Part shown: piece by piece, positions 40,718 to 55,270 of the stretch | How the letters are laid out: the number at the start of each line of letters is the position of its first letter | Numbering within the stretch: the first letter of the stretch is position 1 | Assembly (NCBI RefSeq): GCF_009914755.1 | Contig: NC_060932.1 | DNA: 64,000 nucleotides | Direction: 5' to 3' (one strand) | Source of the DNA: the human T2T-CHM13v2.0 reference genome, Homo sapiens | Program-made: the position numbers and the translations under genes | The notes under the pieces: generated by a model | What the model was told of the DNA's origin: nothing | Seen by the model: the letters and a program-made list of their open reading frames with translations, nothing else | Database searches by the model: none

Positions 40718-41240
40718 TGACATGTTTCAGCATATGCTACCCCAAATATGGAACCTTAGTATTTGAGAAACAGCAGAAGCAGGAAGATCTCTCTGACCTT
40801 CTCCTGCCATTCTCCCCTGCAGCAGACCATAAAATAACTCTCTGACCTTCCTTTAAAGTAGGTCATAATACCCTCATTCTAGAGGGATCCCTCCTATACC
40901 CAGAGGAAAGAATGCCCTTATCTTTAAAGACACAGGAATACAGAGAAGAATCTGAACAAACAGGCCTTACTAAGCCCTCCCTCCCGGGGTATTACCATTA
41001 GATCATACTCTTTTGTCTTTTATTTATCCTTTTACATGACTGTCCACTATTCATCAAACCAAAGCATAAAATATTCAGATTTTCCTGTTTTATGGGTCTT
41101 CATTTCTGAAGGCTCCTGTGCCATGTAAACTTATATGAAATACATTTATATGTTTTTCTCCTATTAATCTGCCTTTCATTATAGGAGTCTTAGCCGCAAA
41201 CCTAGCAATGAATAGAAAAAATATTACCTTTTCTATCTTA
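40718..41240 (+). mobile_element. ERV1 solo LTR (MER34/MER39 group)
   Basis: Colinear similarity to the LTR at 1308-2510 (taccccaaatatgg, gagaagaatctgaacaaacaggcctt, gaaggctcctgtgccatgtaaacttata). Confidence 0.75.
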
Positions 41241-41499
41241 TGGCCTCATAACCATATTAATGATTTGTGTTATTTTACAGTATTATGGTGAACACTTACT
41301 GACTTTTGATTTTTAGGTAAAAGTTTGAAAAATATAGATGTGTAGGGGAGGGGTTTCATTTATAATTGTTTCAATAGTGAAGAAAAAATTAAGTTGTTAC
41401 AAACATAAAGTTTTAACAGAGGGAAATGGATTACTGTTTTTCAAGTCTAGAGTGTTAGAAAAAAAACCTTCTTTTTTTTCTCCATTCACTGGAAAGTCA

Positions 41500-41708
41500 G
41501 CATAATAGAACTCAAAAACATTGGGATTTGGGGTCAAAGAACAGGGGATAATTTCCAGCTGGGTGAAACTGGACAGTCCTTGGACATCTATGAGCCTCAT
41601 CTGTAAAATTAGGGTAATACTTTTAGGGTTTTGTGAGGACTAAATGAGTTAGTGCATAAAATAATCAATCACAATGGATGGTATGCAGGTGTCCGATAAA
41701 TGTTGGTG
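41500..41708 (+). mobile_element. MIR
   Basis: gagcctcatctgtaaaattagggtaata...ttgtgaggactaaatgagttagtgcat. Confidence 0.65.
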
Positions 41709-41877
41709 GAATCCAAATTTATCTTTTTAGATCTCTGTCTCGAGCTTTCAGAACTGGGGCATCATTTTTCCCTGAATACTAGTGTAAATATAATAATCTT
41801 AGATTTTTCTAGACCACCAGATAGTTCACCCTTTTGCTGATTCATAATTTTCTCCAGCTGTTGGATGAGATTGCACC

Positions 41878-42020
41878 TTTTTTTTTTTTTTTTTAAGTAG
41901 AGACAGGGTCTTACCATGTTGCCCAGGCTGGTCTGCTCTCAAACTCCTGAGCTTAAGCAATCCGCCTGCCTTGGCCTCCCAAAGTGCTGGGATTCTAGGC
42001 ATGAGCCACCACGCCTGGCC
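41878..42020 (-). mobile_element. FLAM / Alu left monomer
   Basis: T-tail then gtagagacagggtcttaccatgttgcccagg...gagccaccacgcctggcc; caccttt repeated on both sides. Confidence 0.88.
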
Positions 42021-43228
42021 CTACACCTTTCTTTATACACTAGTTGTGTTACTGATAATCAAGGGAGCACCATGTTTGAAAACCATCTTGTCAGGTGAGT
42101 TACCAGACAGATGGTGAATCTTATTTGCTTTGTCTTATTTTAGTATGAATTCCAGAAGGTGGCTTTTTCTAATTTTATTCTTAACAATTTTATATCTTAA
42201 TAAAAACATATGACATGCTATATCAGATCTTTTAGAACATGTAAATTTCTATGCATTGATAATATCCACAATTGAAAATATAATTAAAATCATATTATTG
42301 GAAGTCAATTTAGAATTCATGTGATTTTGTTATCATTTTCATTATATTCTTTAGGAAACTGAAGTCCAAATAGGTCAAAGGACTGCAGGAAAAAGCAGAA
42401 GCAAACTAGTAGTTAGTTATCTAACAGAACATTTTCATTTTATGTATTCGGAGGCCCTGATAATGGTAAAGCACATGGTCATGATAAAACACAGAGACTA
42501 GCTCTTGGGAATCATGCCTCCTATTCCAGTCCTTTTCCCAACTACTTCCCTCTGATTTTATAATTCAAAAATATATTACCAAGTTAACAATAAAAACTTT
42601 AGATACCTAATTGCTAATTGAGAAAAGACTCACACTAGGTTTAAATAAGGTCCTTAAGAGAGCACTGGACAAGTTTTAGAGAGTTTGTTTGCCATAAAAT
42701 GAATGACGAAGTTAAAACATTTTGAGGTGGAACATAAGGTAACTTTACAGTGACAAATCTTCAGGTGATTACAGTAATCTTAATGTCTTTTGCATACTTT
42801 TCATTTTGTCTTGAGTCTTAATCCAAACAAAGCAACCGGATAACAAAAGAATGAAGTAAGTTCCTGGATAGATTTGAAGCTCAATTTGTCTCCTTATATG
42901 GGTAAACTGTATTAAAACTCACATCTGTCTTTGGACAACAAAAACATAAAAATGTACACGAAATGTTGGCAAAAGTTAGGTTAGTTTATTTTCCCACAAA
43001 AAAATTGATATTGTCTGGCTTACATAGGTACTGAAAGCAGGTGTGTATTTAGTACAGAGTTTATACTTTTCTAGAAGTGAGTAATTTTTAAAGGGTTTTT
43101 TTTAGCTCCTCTAACAAAATGTTACAATATCAGACTAACTTACAAATTGAACTTTGTCAGCTTGGTAACAAGCAGGACAGAATATACTGTAAACTTTCTG
43201 AGACCTCATCCTGCTACAATTCAGTTGA

Positions 43229-43627
<399 letters not shown>

Positions 43628-43784
43628 TGATTTCTTTAGTCATCTTATATAGTTGTCACTTGGTTATAGAGACATCATAAAACTGAGGGAAACATATTAA
43701 TTGTATTACTTCAGCAGTTCTCATGAATAATTGTCCTAGCTCATGTTCTCAATTTTCAAAAAAAAAAAAAAAAAAAGTGAATGA

Positions 43785-44153
<369 letters not shown>

Positions 44154-44228
44154 TGAAATTCTGAAACGGCTAAGGTATTCTACAAAGGTGGTTAGACAGG
44201 GTTACATATTTATTTTACTATTTATACA

Positions 44229-44552
44229 AAGATGCTTCTCAACTTATAATGGGGTTACATCCCAATAAACCTATCAAAAGCTGAAAATATCATAAGTTGA
44301 AAATGCATTTAATGCACCTAATGTCCCAAACATCATAGGTGTTAGCCTAGCCTACTTTAAACATGCTGAGAACACTTACAGTTGGGCAAAATCATCTAAC
44401 ACAAAGCAATTTTATAATAAAGTGTTGCATATCTCATGTAATTTATTGAATGCTGTACTGAAAGTGAAAAACAAAATGGCTGTATGAGTTCTTAAGTATG
44501 TTTTCTAATGAATATGCATTACTTTCGCACTCTTGTAAAGTAAAAAAATGGT
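44229..44552 (+). mobile_element. MER47A (TcMar-Tigger)
   Basis: agatgcttctcaacttataatggggttacatcccaataaacc...ttagcctagcctac...gggcaaaatcatctaacacaaagc...gtactgaaagtgaaaaac; right TIR missing. Confidence 0.88.
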
Positions 44553-45353
44553 ACATAGAGGATTCTACAAGGGTGATTAGACACAGTCAAATATTTATTC
44601 TTTGTAGTGGAAGGACAAAAAAAGATAAAGTGAAAAATAAATTATTTTTCAAACAATGTTTTTTAGTAGAGTGTTGCCAAAGAACTGCTTGCAATACTGG
44701 AAATGTTGTTCAACTGTTTTTAATCTGTTCCAGGTCTCTCTGGGTTGACTCCCCTCATGGTTACCTATGATGTTTCTACTTAGTTGCCTGGGAGTGGGGA
44801 AGGGGATTGTGATGAAAGAAGTGAATAGAGAATAAAAGTGCTCTTTTTGCAAAATATGGAGCTTCCATTCAATATTTCCCTCTCTCCACATATGAAAAGA
44901 AATAAATTTGAAGACCACCAGGAGTGCTCTCAGGATATGGAAAAAGAATCATTGATTGTTTTGTAATGGAAAAAGCCCTATATCTTTTAAATTGTCTGGT
45001 GATTTTCTCTTTAGGTGGCCAGGTGTGGGAAACTAGACTTATCGGTGTCTATTATCCCAAGATATCATGTAATTATATACAAAGAAAGCTTAGGATTTAC
45101 GCATTTCTCCGTTTAAGCCCTGAAGTATGTCTATATGATGACACCAATGTGAGAAAAAGCGAGTGACAGATATTATCTTTATTTTTCGCAATGTTGTGTG
45201 AAATATCCAGCTAGATTTTCTTCAGGCTGATTATTTGGCCAGCACAGGGAGAAAGGAGGGAGAGAGAAGAAGGGGAAGAGGAAGTGACTGCTGAAGGTAC
45301 AGATTATTCACCAGGATCTTGTGCAACATGTGGTATTAGAGGCTCATTGACTC

Positions 45354-45436
45354 TATTCAGTTGAATCATGTAAAATTGCCGTTTTTATTGGTCGAAATGG
45401 TTAAATATCAGCAATTTTGTATGCTGCAACATACTA
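45354..45436. mobile_element. MADE2 (mariner MITE, ~80 bp)
   Basis: tattcagttgaatcatgtaaaattgccg...cagcaattttgtatgctgcaacata: degenerate long inverted repeats matching MADE2. Confidence 0.75.
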
Positions 45437-46552
45437 GGTAATTGTGAATATCTGTTCCCATCATTCATTAATTTAATAAGTATTTTTTGAGTACAGCCTT
45501 ATACAAAAGAATATGAAAGCCCAAAGGCTCTTCTAGAGCTTCTTGGGCTAGAACTAGAGTACTCTTGTTTCTTTCCTTTTTGGTTGAATCCCACTAGTCT
45601 TTTAAAATTACTGTCAAAATTACTTTCTCCGTGAGTTAGTGTGTTCTGTTTCATCATTATTATTATTTTTGTCCTGCAGAGTTCCTGATTTTTACATAAG
45701 TGTGATTAACTTATACATATAATTTTGTCTTATCTTTCCATTTAATGAGAAAAGTATTACATTTTATAAAATTTTCATCACTTATATTTTAGGAGCTATA
45801 AAATATTCATTTAAATGGATAGTTTATTAGCTATTCCTGTATTGGGGGAGGATTAGATGGTTGGATTGCTGTCCTTGTGCATAAAGCTTTTTCTGTTATT
45901 TCAGTTTATTTCTCTAGGACAGAGTCCCCAAAGTAGAATTACTTGGTCAGATGGTCTGAACATAGAAAAAATCTCTTGATACATGTCAACTGGAAATAAC
46001 TATTTTTAATACTGCTTGATATATGAAATTTGACTCCTCATCAGTAACAGGATATGTTAAAAACTGTTTAAAATGACTTGCTCACATGGTGGTCCAAAAC
46101 CATATTCAATGACAATGTCATAGTCTGTGTAAAGAAAAAGGTTTGAAGTTGCTGATATCAAGACAACCACTAGATTTTCTCAAAAGGAATACCTCTGAAC
46201 AAGCTGATACCAAAAAGAAAGACCGAGTTCCTGATGCATACATGATTTCTGAAAATTCTGCTTGTAATTATTTTATCTTGTGGAAATGAGGAAAAAGGAG
46301 ACCAAGTGTCTGCCTATGTTTGGGGGAATTTTCTGAAAAATAAGTTATAATTTTCACATCTTGGGAAAGAAGAAGTAAAATGCAGGCTATGTTTAGATTT
46401 GGATGGTCTGTTTTGGTTTAAAATATATGATAAATCAGAGATTGCTAGTGCCGATCAAGAATATCATAAGCATATTCAAAAATTCCTATGTGTTCACTAT
46501 AATATATGGCCCTAAATAAGATAAAATGATCGAACTCATGCTGATTAGACTC

Positions 46553-46950
46553 TGATATGGTTTGGCTCTGTGTCCCCACCCAAATCTCATCTTGAATTGT
46601 AATCCCCACATGTGGAGGGAGGGAACTGGTGCAAGGTGATTGGATCATTTGAGTGGTTTCCTTCATGCTGTTCTCTTAACAGTGAGGGCATTCTCATGAG
46701 ATCTGATGGTTTAAAAGTGTCAGTTTCCCTGGAGCTCCCTCTCTCTCCCTTTCTCTCTCTCTCTGTCTCTCTCTCTATCATTGCTGCCATGTGAAGAAGT
46801 TTCCTTGCTCCCCCTTCCCCTTCCGTCATGATTGTAAGTTCCCTGAGGCCTCCCAGCCATGCAGAACTGTGAGTCAATTAAACCTCTTTCTTTTATAAAT
46901 TACCCAGTCTCAGATATTTCTTTACAGCAGTGTGAAAATGGACTAATATG
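46553..46950 (+). mobile_element. THE1D-like solo LTR
   Basis: tgatatggtttggctctgtgtccccacccaaatctcatcttgaattgtaatcccc...; exact 5-bp TSD gactc (46548-46552, 46951-46955); internal CT expansion. Confidence 0.93.
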
Positions 46951-47352
46951 GACTCTAACTTCTCTGGGGAGGAAACTCCTCTGAGGAGGAAATATGCCAA
47001 TGAGGAATAAATGCCTATATCGGATGCCATAGCATTGGGAGGGAGGGACAGTGGGAGTATACAGAGAGAGTGTGGGACCACGAAACCAGAGAGAGAGTGA
47101 CTGCCATATGTGCTGGCTAACTTGCTTGTCCAGATGATGCTTTGAGGACAACTTACCCTAGAAGCTAGAAGTGGAGCCCTACAACAATCAAGCTGTGGTT
47201 CAAGTGGCGTCCCTAACTAACCTTACATGGACCTCTAGCCATATCTACCAAGGGAAGCACCTGGAGCCTGAGAGTAATCTGCCTTGGGTTCAGGATAAAG
47301 CATAAGAGAAGGAACAGTTGCCAGGGCCTCTCAGAGCCCACCTCTCAGAGGG

Positions 47353-47590
47353 GGCAGTAGAGTATAGCAGTCTGGAGTATAGACTCTGGAGCTTGGGTTA
47401 GAAACTGGGTGTCCCTGCCAACTTACTAGCTGTGTGACCTCAGATGAATTACATAAGCTCTCTGTGCCTCAGTTTACTCATCTGTAAGATTAGGATAGTA
47501 ACAGTCCCTACTGCAGGATGGCTATAAAGAATATGTGATTTCATTCACATTAAGTGTTTAAATGGCGTTTTGAATGTAGTAAGTGCTGTG
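47353..47590 (+). mobile_element. MIR
   Basis: acttactagctgtgtgacctcagatgaattacataagctctctgtgcctcagtttactcatctgtaagat. Confidence 0.82.
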
Positions 47591-50500
47591 TATTTATTTT
47601 TTTTCTCTCAGTATCTTAAAATAAACATCCAGACAAGGCTACAGAAAAATGTTTAGTATATTTAAAATATACTAAATACATTTAAAATGTTTAGGATGTT
47701 TTAAATGTTTATGTTTAACACATTCACCTTTATGTGGACCACACTAAAAGTGACTGTATGGATAACCTCATTCAGGGATCAAGTCCAAAGTCTAAATCCA
47801 AGGTCCTTCGTTACATGAGCCATGACACATGGGCTTCCTGGTGCACCCCATGCAAGACCCTGGTGGTTATGCCGTTGCTTCCCTCCTTGGTCACCACACT
47901 GATTAAATAGATGTTTTTCCTTTTTTTAAGTAGTAGGCATTGAGAGTGCTCCACACAATGGAACCATTTGTTAGACTGAGGAGCAACTCTGATAAGCTGT
48001 GTCTGTCTCCCTGACTTTTCCAGCTACTTCAGAGCAGCTGTTTAGAGCAAGAAACATAGTGTTGAGGCTTCATGCCTGAGCTTTCCTTAGATCTCAACCG
48101 CTAAGTGGTGTGGAACATTGAGCTGATGACCAGGAGAAAAGCAGTCAAATTGGGCTTACTCATGGAGAATTCACTGTTCCCCCAGTGCCCTGACACTCTG
48201 CAAGTGAATGGAAAATCAGATCACAAGAAATAGTGTAGAATAAGACAGAGGGTTTCTTTTGTTTCTGTTCTGATTAGAGGAAATTGAAGAATCCAAGGTT
48301 TATCAGTACCAGCCCCACACCATGTTTTGGAATGCAGGCAGAATAGGCATGCTTGAAAATGTCCAATTCTGAGTTGAAAGTAGGAGATATTGCAAGTCCT
48401 TCTTTGTAAGTAAACATTTGAAAGAATGTTGTAAAACATGCATACCCATCCACAAGGTAAAGCACAGGTCTGGAAGACCTCACATCTAGGTCAGCCTTGC
48501 AAAATCTTTGTGCATTAAGAAGAATGATGCCTGAAATATGAACTATGGAACCCTGGACATTTTTTATTTTCTAGAAACCAACCATCAAGGAAAGATGCGT
48601 TATTTCATATTTGAGTCATGAATACCTAGAGTTTCAACAAAGAATTGCTGTTGGCTGGGTTGTTTATATGTGCCTATGGTAAACCTAAGACCTTTTGCTT
48701 CTCTTGACACTTCAATCTGGCAATTGTATAAACTGTTTTCATAGCTTTTTTCCCTTCTTGAATAATTATTTTTCTTTGTATCTCAGTATCAATGTCTCAC
48801 AATAAAACATCTAATTACGAGATACCAAAAATATTTTTTGTTTTTTATATATTGATATATAAAAAACGTAAAATTTATAAATGACATTGGATTTGCCTAG
48901 GTTATGTCTGTTAACAGCAAAATGAAACTTTCAGACCTGAAAGATAGAATTATTTAAAAAATGGCTTAAGGTTAAACAAAATTTTAACTATCTGATTCCA
49001 GGGCAATTAGCTATGTGTGAAAAAAGAAACTGCAACATGCAAGTTGGAAGGATTCATTAAAATTCATGGCAAAACTCACTGGGAATGAATCAAATTGGAA
49101 ACTATTGTTAAAGCTATAGCTGAACATATGCTTATGCCTCTAGGGGTAATTTATTTGAAATCTTTCTCTCACACATGCTATATACATAGATTTTTATCTG
49201 TTCCAAGTGTACTGAAGCTTACAGAAAATATGTTAAATCTCCTCAAAAAAGACTTTCCCATTGCTCTAGAGAGTGATTTCTGCGTTTGCCTTGCATGTGC
49301 TCTGGCCAGGTAGTTCTTTCAGCTGTTGCGATCGCTCAGTTGTGTGCTGCTTTGTGTCTGACGGAGGAGAAACAGAACAGCCCCAGAGATAAGAACAAAG
49401 TTGAGCAATTGGAAGATGCTGGGAAAGATTAAAGACAACTGGAGAATTCATTGGAGCAGCATGAAAAATAAATTACCTGAGTGAAGCAATGATTAATGAA
49501 GTCACTCTGAGAGAGCCACTAAAATTGCTGAAGAGTATTCTTAAATATGTTTAGAAGTTCTTTCTCAGTTTGTGCATGCAGTGAAAAATCTTGTAACATT
49601 GCAAATGCTTTAAGTTACTAATACAGAAACAATTTGTATTAAACTTTAAAAAATAGTATTAGTATATATTCTCTCATCATGGCAAGATTCTGAATTCATT
49701 TCCTATGCCTTGCCAATAGCCTTCTGAAATACAAATTTCAGGGTAATACAAAGAAAAATTTAATGCATTGTCACAAATTATCCTTGAAGCTAATAATTAA
49801 AATAAATAGGCATGTATGTAAATAACATTTTTCTATAGTTTATATTAATCTCATGAATAAGTACAACCAGCGTAGTTTATCAGCTGAGCAACAGAAAGCT
49901 CTGTCCATGAGGAAATGTAAGCAGAAATTCTGTAGGCTAGAAATATGTAACCTGAACACATTTATAGAATAATGGGATTTCTGAGACAAAGGTCTTAGTA
50001 TTACACATTTTAGTTTTGGTGAGGGTTATGAGAACAGAAGATGGCTGAATTTTCGTGTATATGTGAGTGTGTGTATACTTTCTAGGTGTGGGGAGGAGGA
50101 GTAAATATAGTTTTACGAAAATAAAATACTCTTTTATTTCCAACACTGTTTCATATTAAAGTAATTTATCAAGAAGCTGTAGGTTATAAATCTTTAGCTT
50201 ATGACTATAGCAAGGGCTGCCACTTGAATTCAAAATATATACTCTCTGAGATTCCAACATATCCGCAAAGCTTGTCACGTGCTTGTCTGGGAGCTATTTG
50301 AAAGAAGTCCAGGAAGCCTCCTGAGAAAGAGTGAGTCATCCTCAGGCAGTTATCCTAAAGTGGAGAAAGAGCTGCAGAATGAAGGCCTAAATGAAAGCAG
50401 AGTGGCAGGTTCATGTGTGTGGCGCTCCTGTCGATCTTCTACGTGCTCTTCTTATTTTTCTTGGGGATTGTGCCAGATCCCAGTGGAGAGGACTCAAAGT

Positions 50501-52549
50501 GAAACAAGGAAGAGAGCCTTTTCACTTTCTTAGTAAAATGTCGAAGATACCAGGGAACAGAACGAGGTAGCACTTTTGTGGCCCGGGGAGAAGAGGATGG
50601 GAGGCAACAGGGCCTTTGCACACAACTTAGCAGCAGGTGGTGTGCCACGCGCAGTTCCAGGGGAAGCGACCACAAGCCGAGTCATAGGCCAGGGCCCTCA
50701 GTGGGGGAATTCTCTCCACTTCAGTAGGAGAGATCTCTGGTGGAGGGGTGACATGATGAACGCTTGAGACTGTGACAATTTTGGCAAGATGCAGCTTTGA
50801 TGTGGTATGTGCCTTGGGGCCTGGATGGCTTGAGAAGCTGAAGTGGCTTTGGAGAGTGGATATCCTCAAGCATGGTAGTAGGTGTCAGGCATCCCAGTAG
50901 CTGCAGAAGGAAAGAGGAAGGCTGCCACGTGGGAGTCGGGAGGAGATGGATTGGGAGTTCACTGAGGATACCCATGTATCCTCCAATAGATGAGAAATTG
51001 ACCTGAGGGAGAGAAGAGCATAAAACTAAAGAAGAAGCAGTGTCTTGTGTTTCTTGTGACTTGTACTCCTACATGGACCTCTCCAAGCTCATGTAGCTAC
51101 TGGCAAAGTGGATGTTCCATATTATAATCACTTTATATTTCTGAAAATAAAAACCAATATCTCACTATTTGGTAATATGGAATATAATTGTCACTACTTT
51201 TTGAAAGGCTATTAAATATTAGGGAACCTTAGCATTTCTTTAAATGGAAATGGATAGATTATTAATATCATTTCTTCCCAACAGCCGATATGAGCCCAAG
51301 TCTGAAAGGGCGGTGCAGGGGTAGCCAAGGCTCTCAAGGCTGCCGAGGGAGATTCCCCTTTGTGTGGACAGTATTTCAAGCAGCAGTGTCCCTTCTGTGC
51401 ATACACTTCAGCTCTGTGTGGCCATGTCATTTGTCCTAACATTGCTTTTCAAATCAGGGACTTAATCTGCTTTCAGAGTGGATGTATGTTGTCCCTTCTC
51501 TCTAATCTGTAAACCCTGTAATGATTCAGTAGGTATCATTGTGCCTGTCTGATATATGACAAAATTGAGGCTCATAGGAGTCAAACAAATTGCTGAAGTG
51601 GGTGGCAAGTAGAGGCAGTGTTGATTTAGGCCCACATTCACATTTTTGTACAATTAGTTACCTGTATGGTTTTTTCTTAGAGCAAACTGATGCATCCCAT
51701 TGTGGGTAGGAGTAAAAAACCTTAAGAGATCGACTCCTCAGGGAAATGAAATTGCTTCACTAAATGGAAGAATGCACCAATGGTGTTTTCTCAGATCGAG
51801 TGAATATGATTTAGTGGAGGAATAGCTATGTAACTACATTGTAAATCTGGTTCCTCAACTTGGTGTATGTTCAAGTTGTGGTTGACTCCTTTGAGTCCTC
51901 TTCATCTGTAACTTTGTATAAAAACTATAAAGATGACATTTTGGTCCTGAGAAAGAACATGGCCTCTAACATGAGGTCTGTTTTGTTATGAAGCAAGACT
52001 GCATGGGATTTACCACAAATATGAAGAAATATGAACCCAAGTTTGGTCTCTTGCTATGTCCATCTATTAGGATAATTGCATTGTTCTTGACGTTGTTAGA
52101 TTTATATACAAACAAATGAAAAAGCTTTATGAGAATTATGCGTGGTTTGTCTCTTGTGCAAACACATCATTAACAGGAAAAGTTGTGGGAAAGAAGATTG
52201 GGTAAGAATAGAAAGTGATTCATACTTGGCTTTGAAACAGCTAAAGATTCTAGTGTCCTGTCTTGTTATTTGGCTGCCACGTGTTTGACTTTTACTTTCT
52301 AATTAAATTATAGACTCTGAAGACCATCACTTATTCCTTATTTGCACTCTCTGCTATGCCTTAGTGTAGTGCAAGACAGAGTAAAGGGTTCATCAAATAG
52401 TTTTTGCATCACAATATGTATTTACAGCTAACCTGGATCTTAATTCCTGCTAAGGCACATATCGTAAAACCACCTCCTCTGTGTCCATTTTATTTGGTTT
52501 CCAAAGTGATCATGTGTAGTAAATGAAGTTATCTTCTCATACTGCAAGT

Positions 52550-52800
52550 CTCAGACCAAATGTCAGTCTTTCCAGGAAGCATTTCCAGGCTCATCCCTTA
52601 GGTAATATGCAATCTCTCTGTGTTCTGTACATACTGAATTTGAGGCACTTATCTTTATTTTAAAAGTTATCTGACTTTGTTTTCCCTGTGGGCCTGTGAG
52701 CTCCTGCAGGGTTGGGATCACATTTTTCTCTGTACCCACAGCACCTTGTCTAGGTCCTATTTACTGCATAATCAGTGCTCAATAAATGTGTGCGAGTGAC
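52550..52800 (+). mobile_element. L2 3' end
   Basis: cttccaggaagc...ctgtgagctcctgcagggttggga...cagcacct...gtgctcaataaatgtgtgcgagtga. Confidence 0.65.
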
Positions 52801-55035
52801 TGGTCCCCCAGTGCTTTTTAAAATGACTATTTGTATGCGGAAATCTACTCATTTGTATATGGAAGCACTTATTTTTAAATGGCCAAACTACCTCTGCAGT
52901 AACTTGGAGTTACTAAAAGCCATTAGCTTTGATTTAAACAATATGTGAGGTAACCCCCAAGTGGTAACTGTATAAATTAAATCCAAGTTTTCAGTATGAC
53001 TGTATTACTGGGATATTACATATTCACATCTCTGTCAGTGCCTTCTAGAATGGAAGGAGCTTCCAACTTCCATGTGAGGGAGACACATTCCGTGTGTGAG
53101 GGAGTGACTGAAAAAAAATGGGAAGTCAACAGTTGTCTCCATGTTGTATAAATATGACATGATTTATTTGATTCTCATCTAAAACTGCTATGTAAAAGGC
53201 CTGTTGCTGTTTGACTTTTCTTTTTATACCTAACTTAAGTAATAAAACTACTTGAAAAAGTGCATTTCTCTCTTTCTCCCTCCTGTTCAGCCGCTGGTCT
53301 CTCAGTCTGTGGTTTTCTAATTCATTGTCACACCACATCGTTTAGAGCTGAGCCTCCCTTAGTCCTAGAAATGTTGACTCTCTTCTCTTTTTTTGCTTTT
53401 AAGGTAATAGAAATCTATTAATAATAGGTATATTTCATAATATAAATATTAAGATAGATAACGTCTTCTATTAGACATATTTGCTTATTTATAAAATTGC
53501 CTTCTAATGGATCTATTGTTGGTTCTGTGTTTAATAGTTATGAGGCATTTGATAATGATATATCATGGCTCTATTACAAAATATCTGGATGTTAACTTTG
53601 AATTGCCAAAATGGTTTTCTGAATTTGTATATGGTTCTGGCTTTTGGCCTGAAAGTCACAATATCACCATACAATTTTGATTCTTAGAATAAGTAAAATA
53701 CATATTCCATATCCACATTCTAAGCATTGAGAGAAAAGATTTCTCTTTATTTATAATAAGTGAATCATCATAATTGCTAGTATTTTTCTGAAGCACGGCA
53801 ATGGGATAAGTGCCACAGAGTTGTGTTGGTGCAGCTTTCTGTAGCTGAATTTATGAGTTACAACTCTTAATCCAAATGAAATACAATTTTTATTTGAGGT
53901 AGATCTGCAAGTGGGAGAATGACTATTAATTCTGCAATTCCAAAATAACTAATGTACTTGGTTTGAAGCCAGGTACACTCTGAGTTCTGGACTTAAGTGC
54001 TCATGTGGGAAATACAGAGGGAGACTTTAACATATGGATTCTCAGAAGAAAATGCAACTGTTCCATACAAGAAATATTGAGTTATTCTTAGTACTTTTTA
54101 ATGTGTGGTTGACTATATATTTTTGAGTGGTGCCATTTTTAACACTTGGCAATTCAAGCCAAAGATCTTCATTTCCTGGGGTAATTTTAATAATTCACCC
54201 ATTCATACAGCAAGCATTAAGTGAGGATTGATGGTATAACATTGTACTTGATTTGATGAGAAATGCGAGGAAAATAGAAACAAGATCTGTCTTCATTGAA
54301 TTTACAATATTGGTAGAAAATAAAACACACATGCTTGAATGCACACACACACATATATATGTACACATATGCAACAAGTAGAAATCAAAATGGAACTGTA
54401 TGCTGATGTATTAAAAATACTTCCTGACTCCCTACTACGCTATGACATAGGCAGAGGTTTTGCAGCACCTGCCTTTGAGGAACTAATAATCTGATGGTGA
54501 GGGGAAGGTAGACATGTGAAGTGATCCCAACACAGAGGAATGTGGTAAAAATCAAGGGACAAACCAACCATCTGAGTTGTCATCAGAGCTCTGTTAACAT
54601 ACACAGAAGTCCTGCCTGTGAGAATGGGGGAGAAGCTTCAGAGAAGAATGGAAGTCAGAAGGAGGCTCTGCAAAGAAAGTGTAGACAAGTTGGACTGTGT
54701 GTCCACACACACTGAGAGGGGATAAAGAAGGGAGGAGACTCGTGTGAGGTCAGAAGAGCCTCGTTTAAGGAACTGAGTTACATATAAGTTACATAAAGAG
54801 AGAAAAATGGGAGGGCCTCCCAGGCAAGAGAAACATCACAGGCGATGGTACAAGAGGTAGAAATATATACACAGAGGAGAGTAGTCCACTTAAATGAGTC
54901 CTTTTATTAAAATGATATAAAACAAGATGAATTTAGGGATGAACAGCATCTGACTGAAAGGTTGGGTCAAATGAGAAATAAATGAAAACTGTTTAAAAAA
55001 TATAAAACATGTGGGTGCTAGTTATTCCAGATCGA

Positions 55036-55237
55036 GGCAGCATAGTATATTTGTTAAAAGCACAGACTGGATTTGAATCATGGCATCATTGTTCTCTGGC
55101 TGTGTGACCTTGGGCAAATTATTTAACCTTTCTGTGTCTCAGTGGGCTCATCTATAAAAAGGAAGAAGTAATAGTTTCTATGTCATAGGGTTGTTATATG
55201 GATTAAATGATTTTATATTTTGAAGTACTTATGCCTG

Positions 55238-55240
<3 letters not shown>
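55036..55240 (+). mobile_element. MIR
   Basis: ggctgtgtgaccttgggcaaattatttaacctttctgtgtctcagt...tcatagggttgttatatggattaaatga. Confidence 0.82.

Positions 55241-55243
<3 letters not shown>

Positions 55244-55270
<27 letters not shown>

Noticed and set aside
43758-43776. Isolated A19 run as a solo poly(A) retro-insertion
   Set aside because: No convincing TSD; slippage expansion is sufficient.
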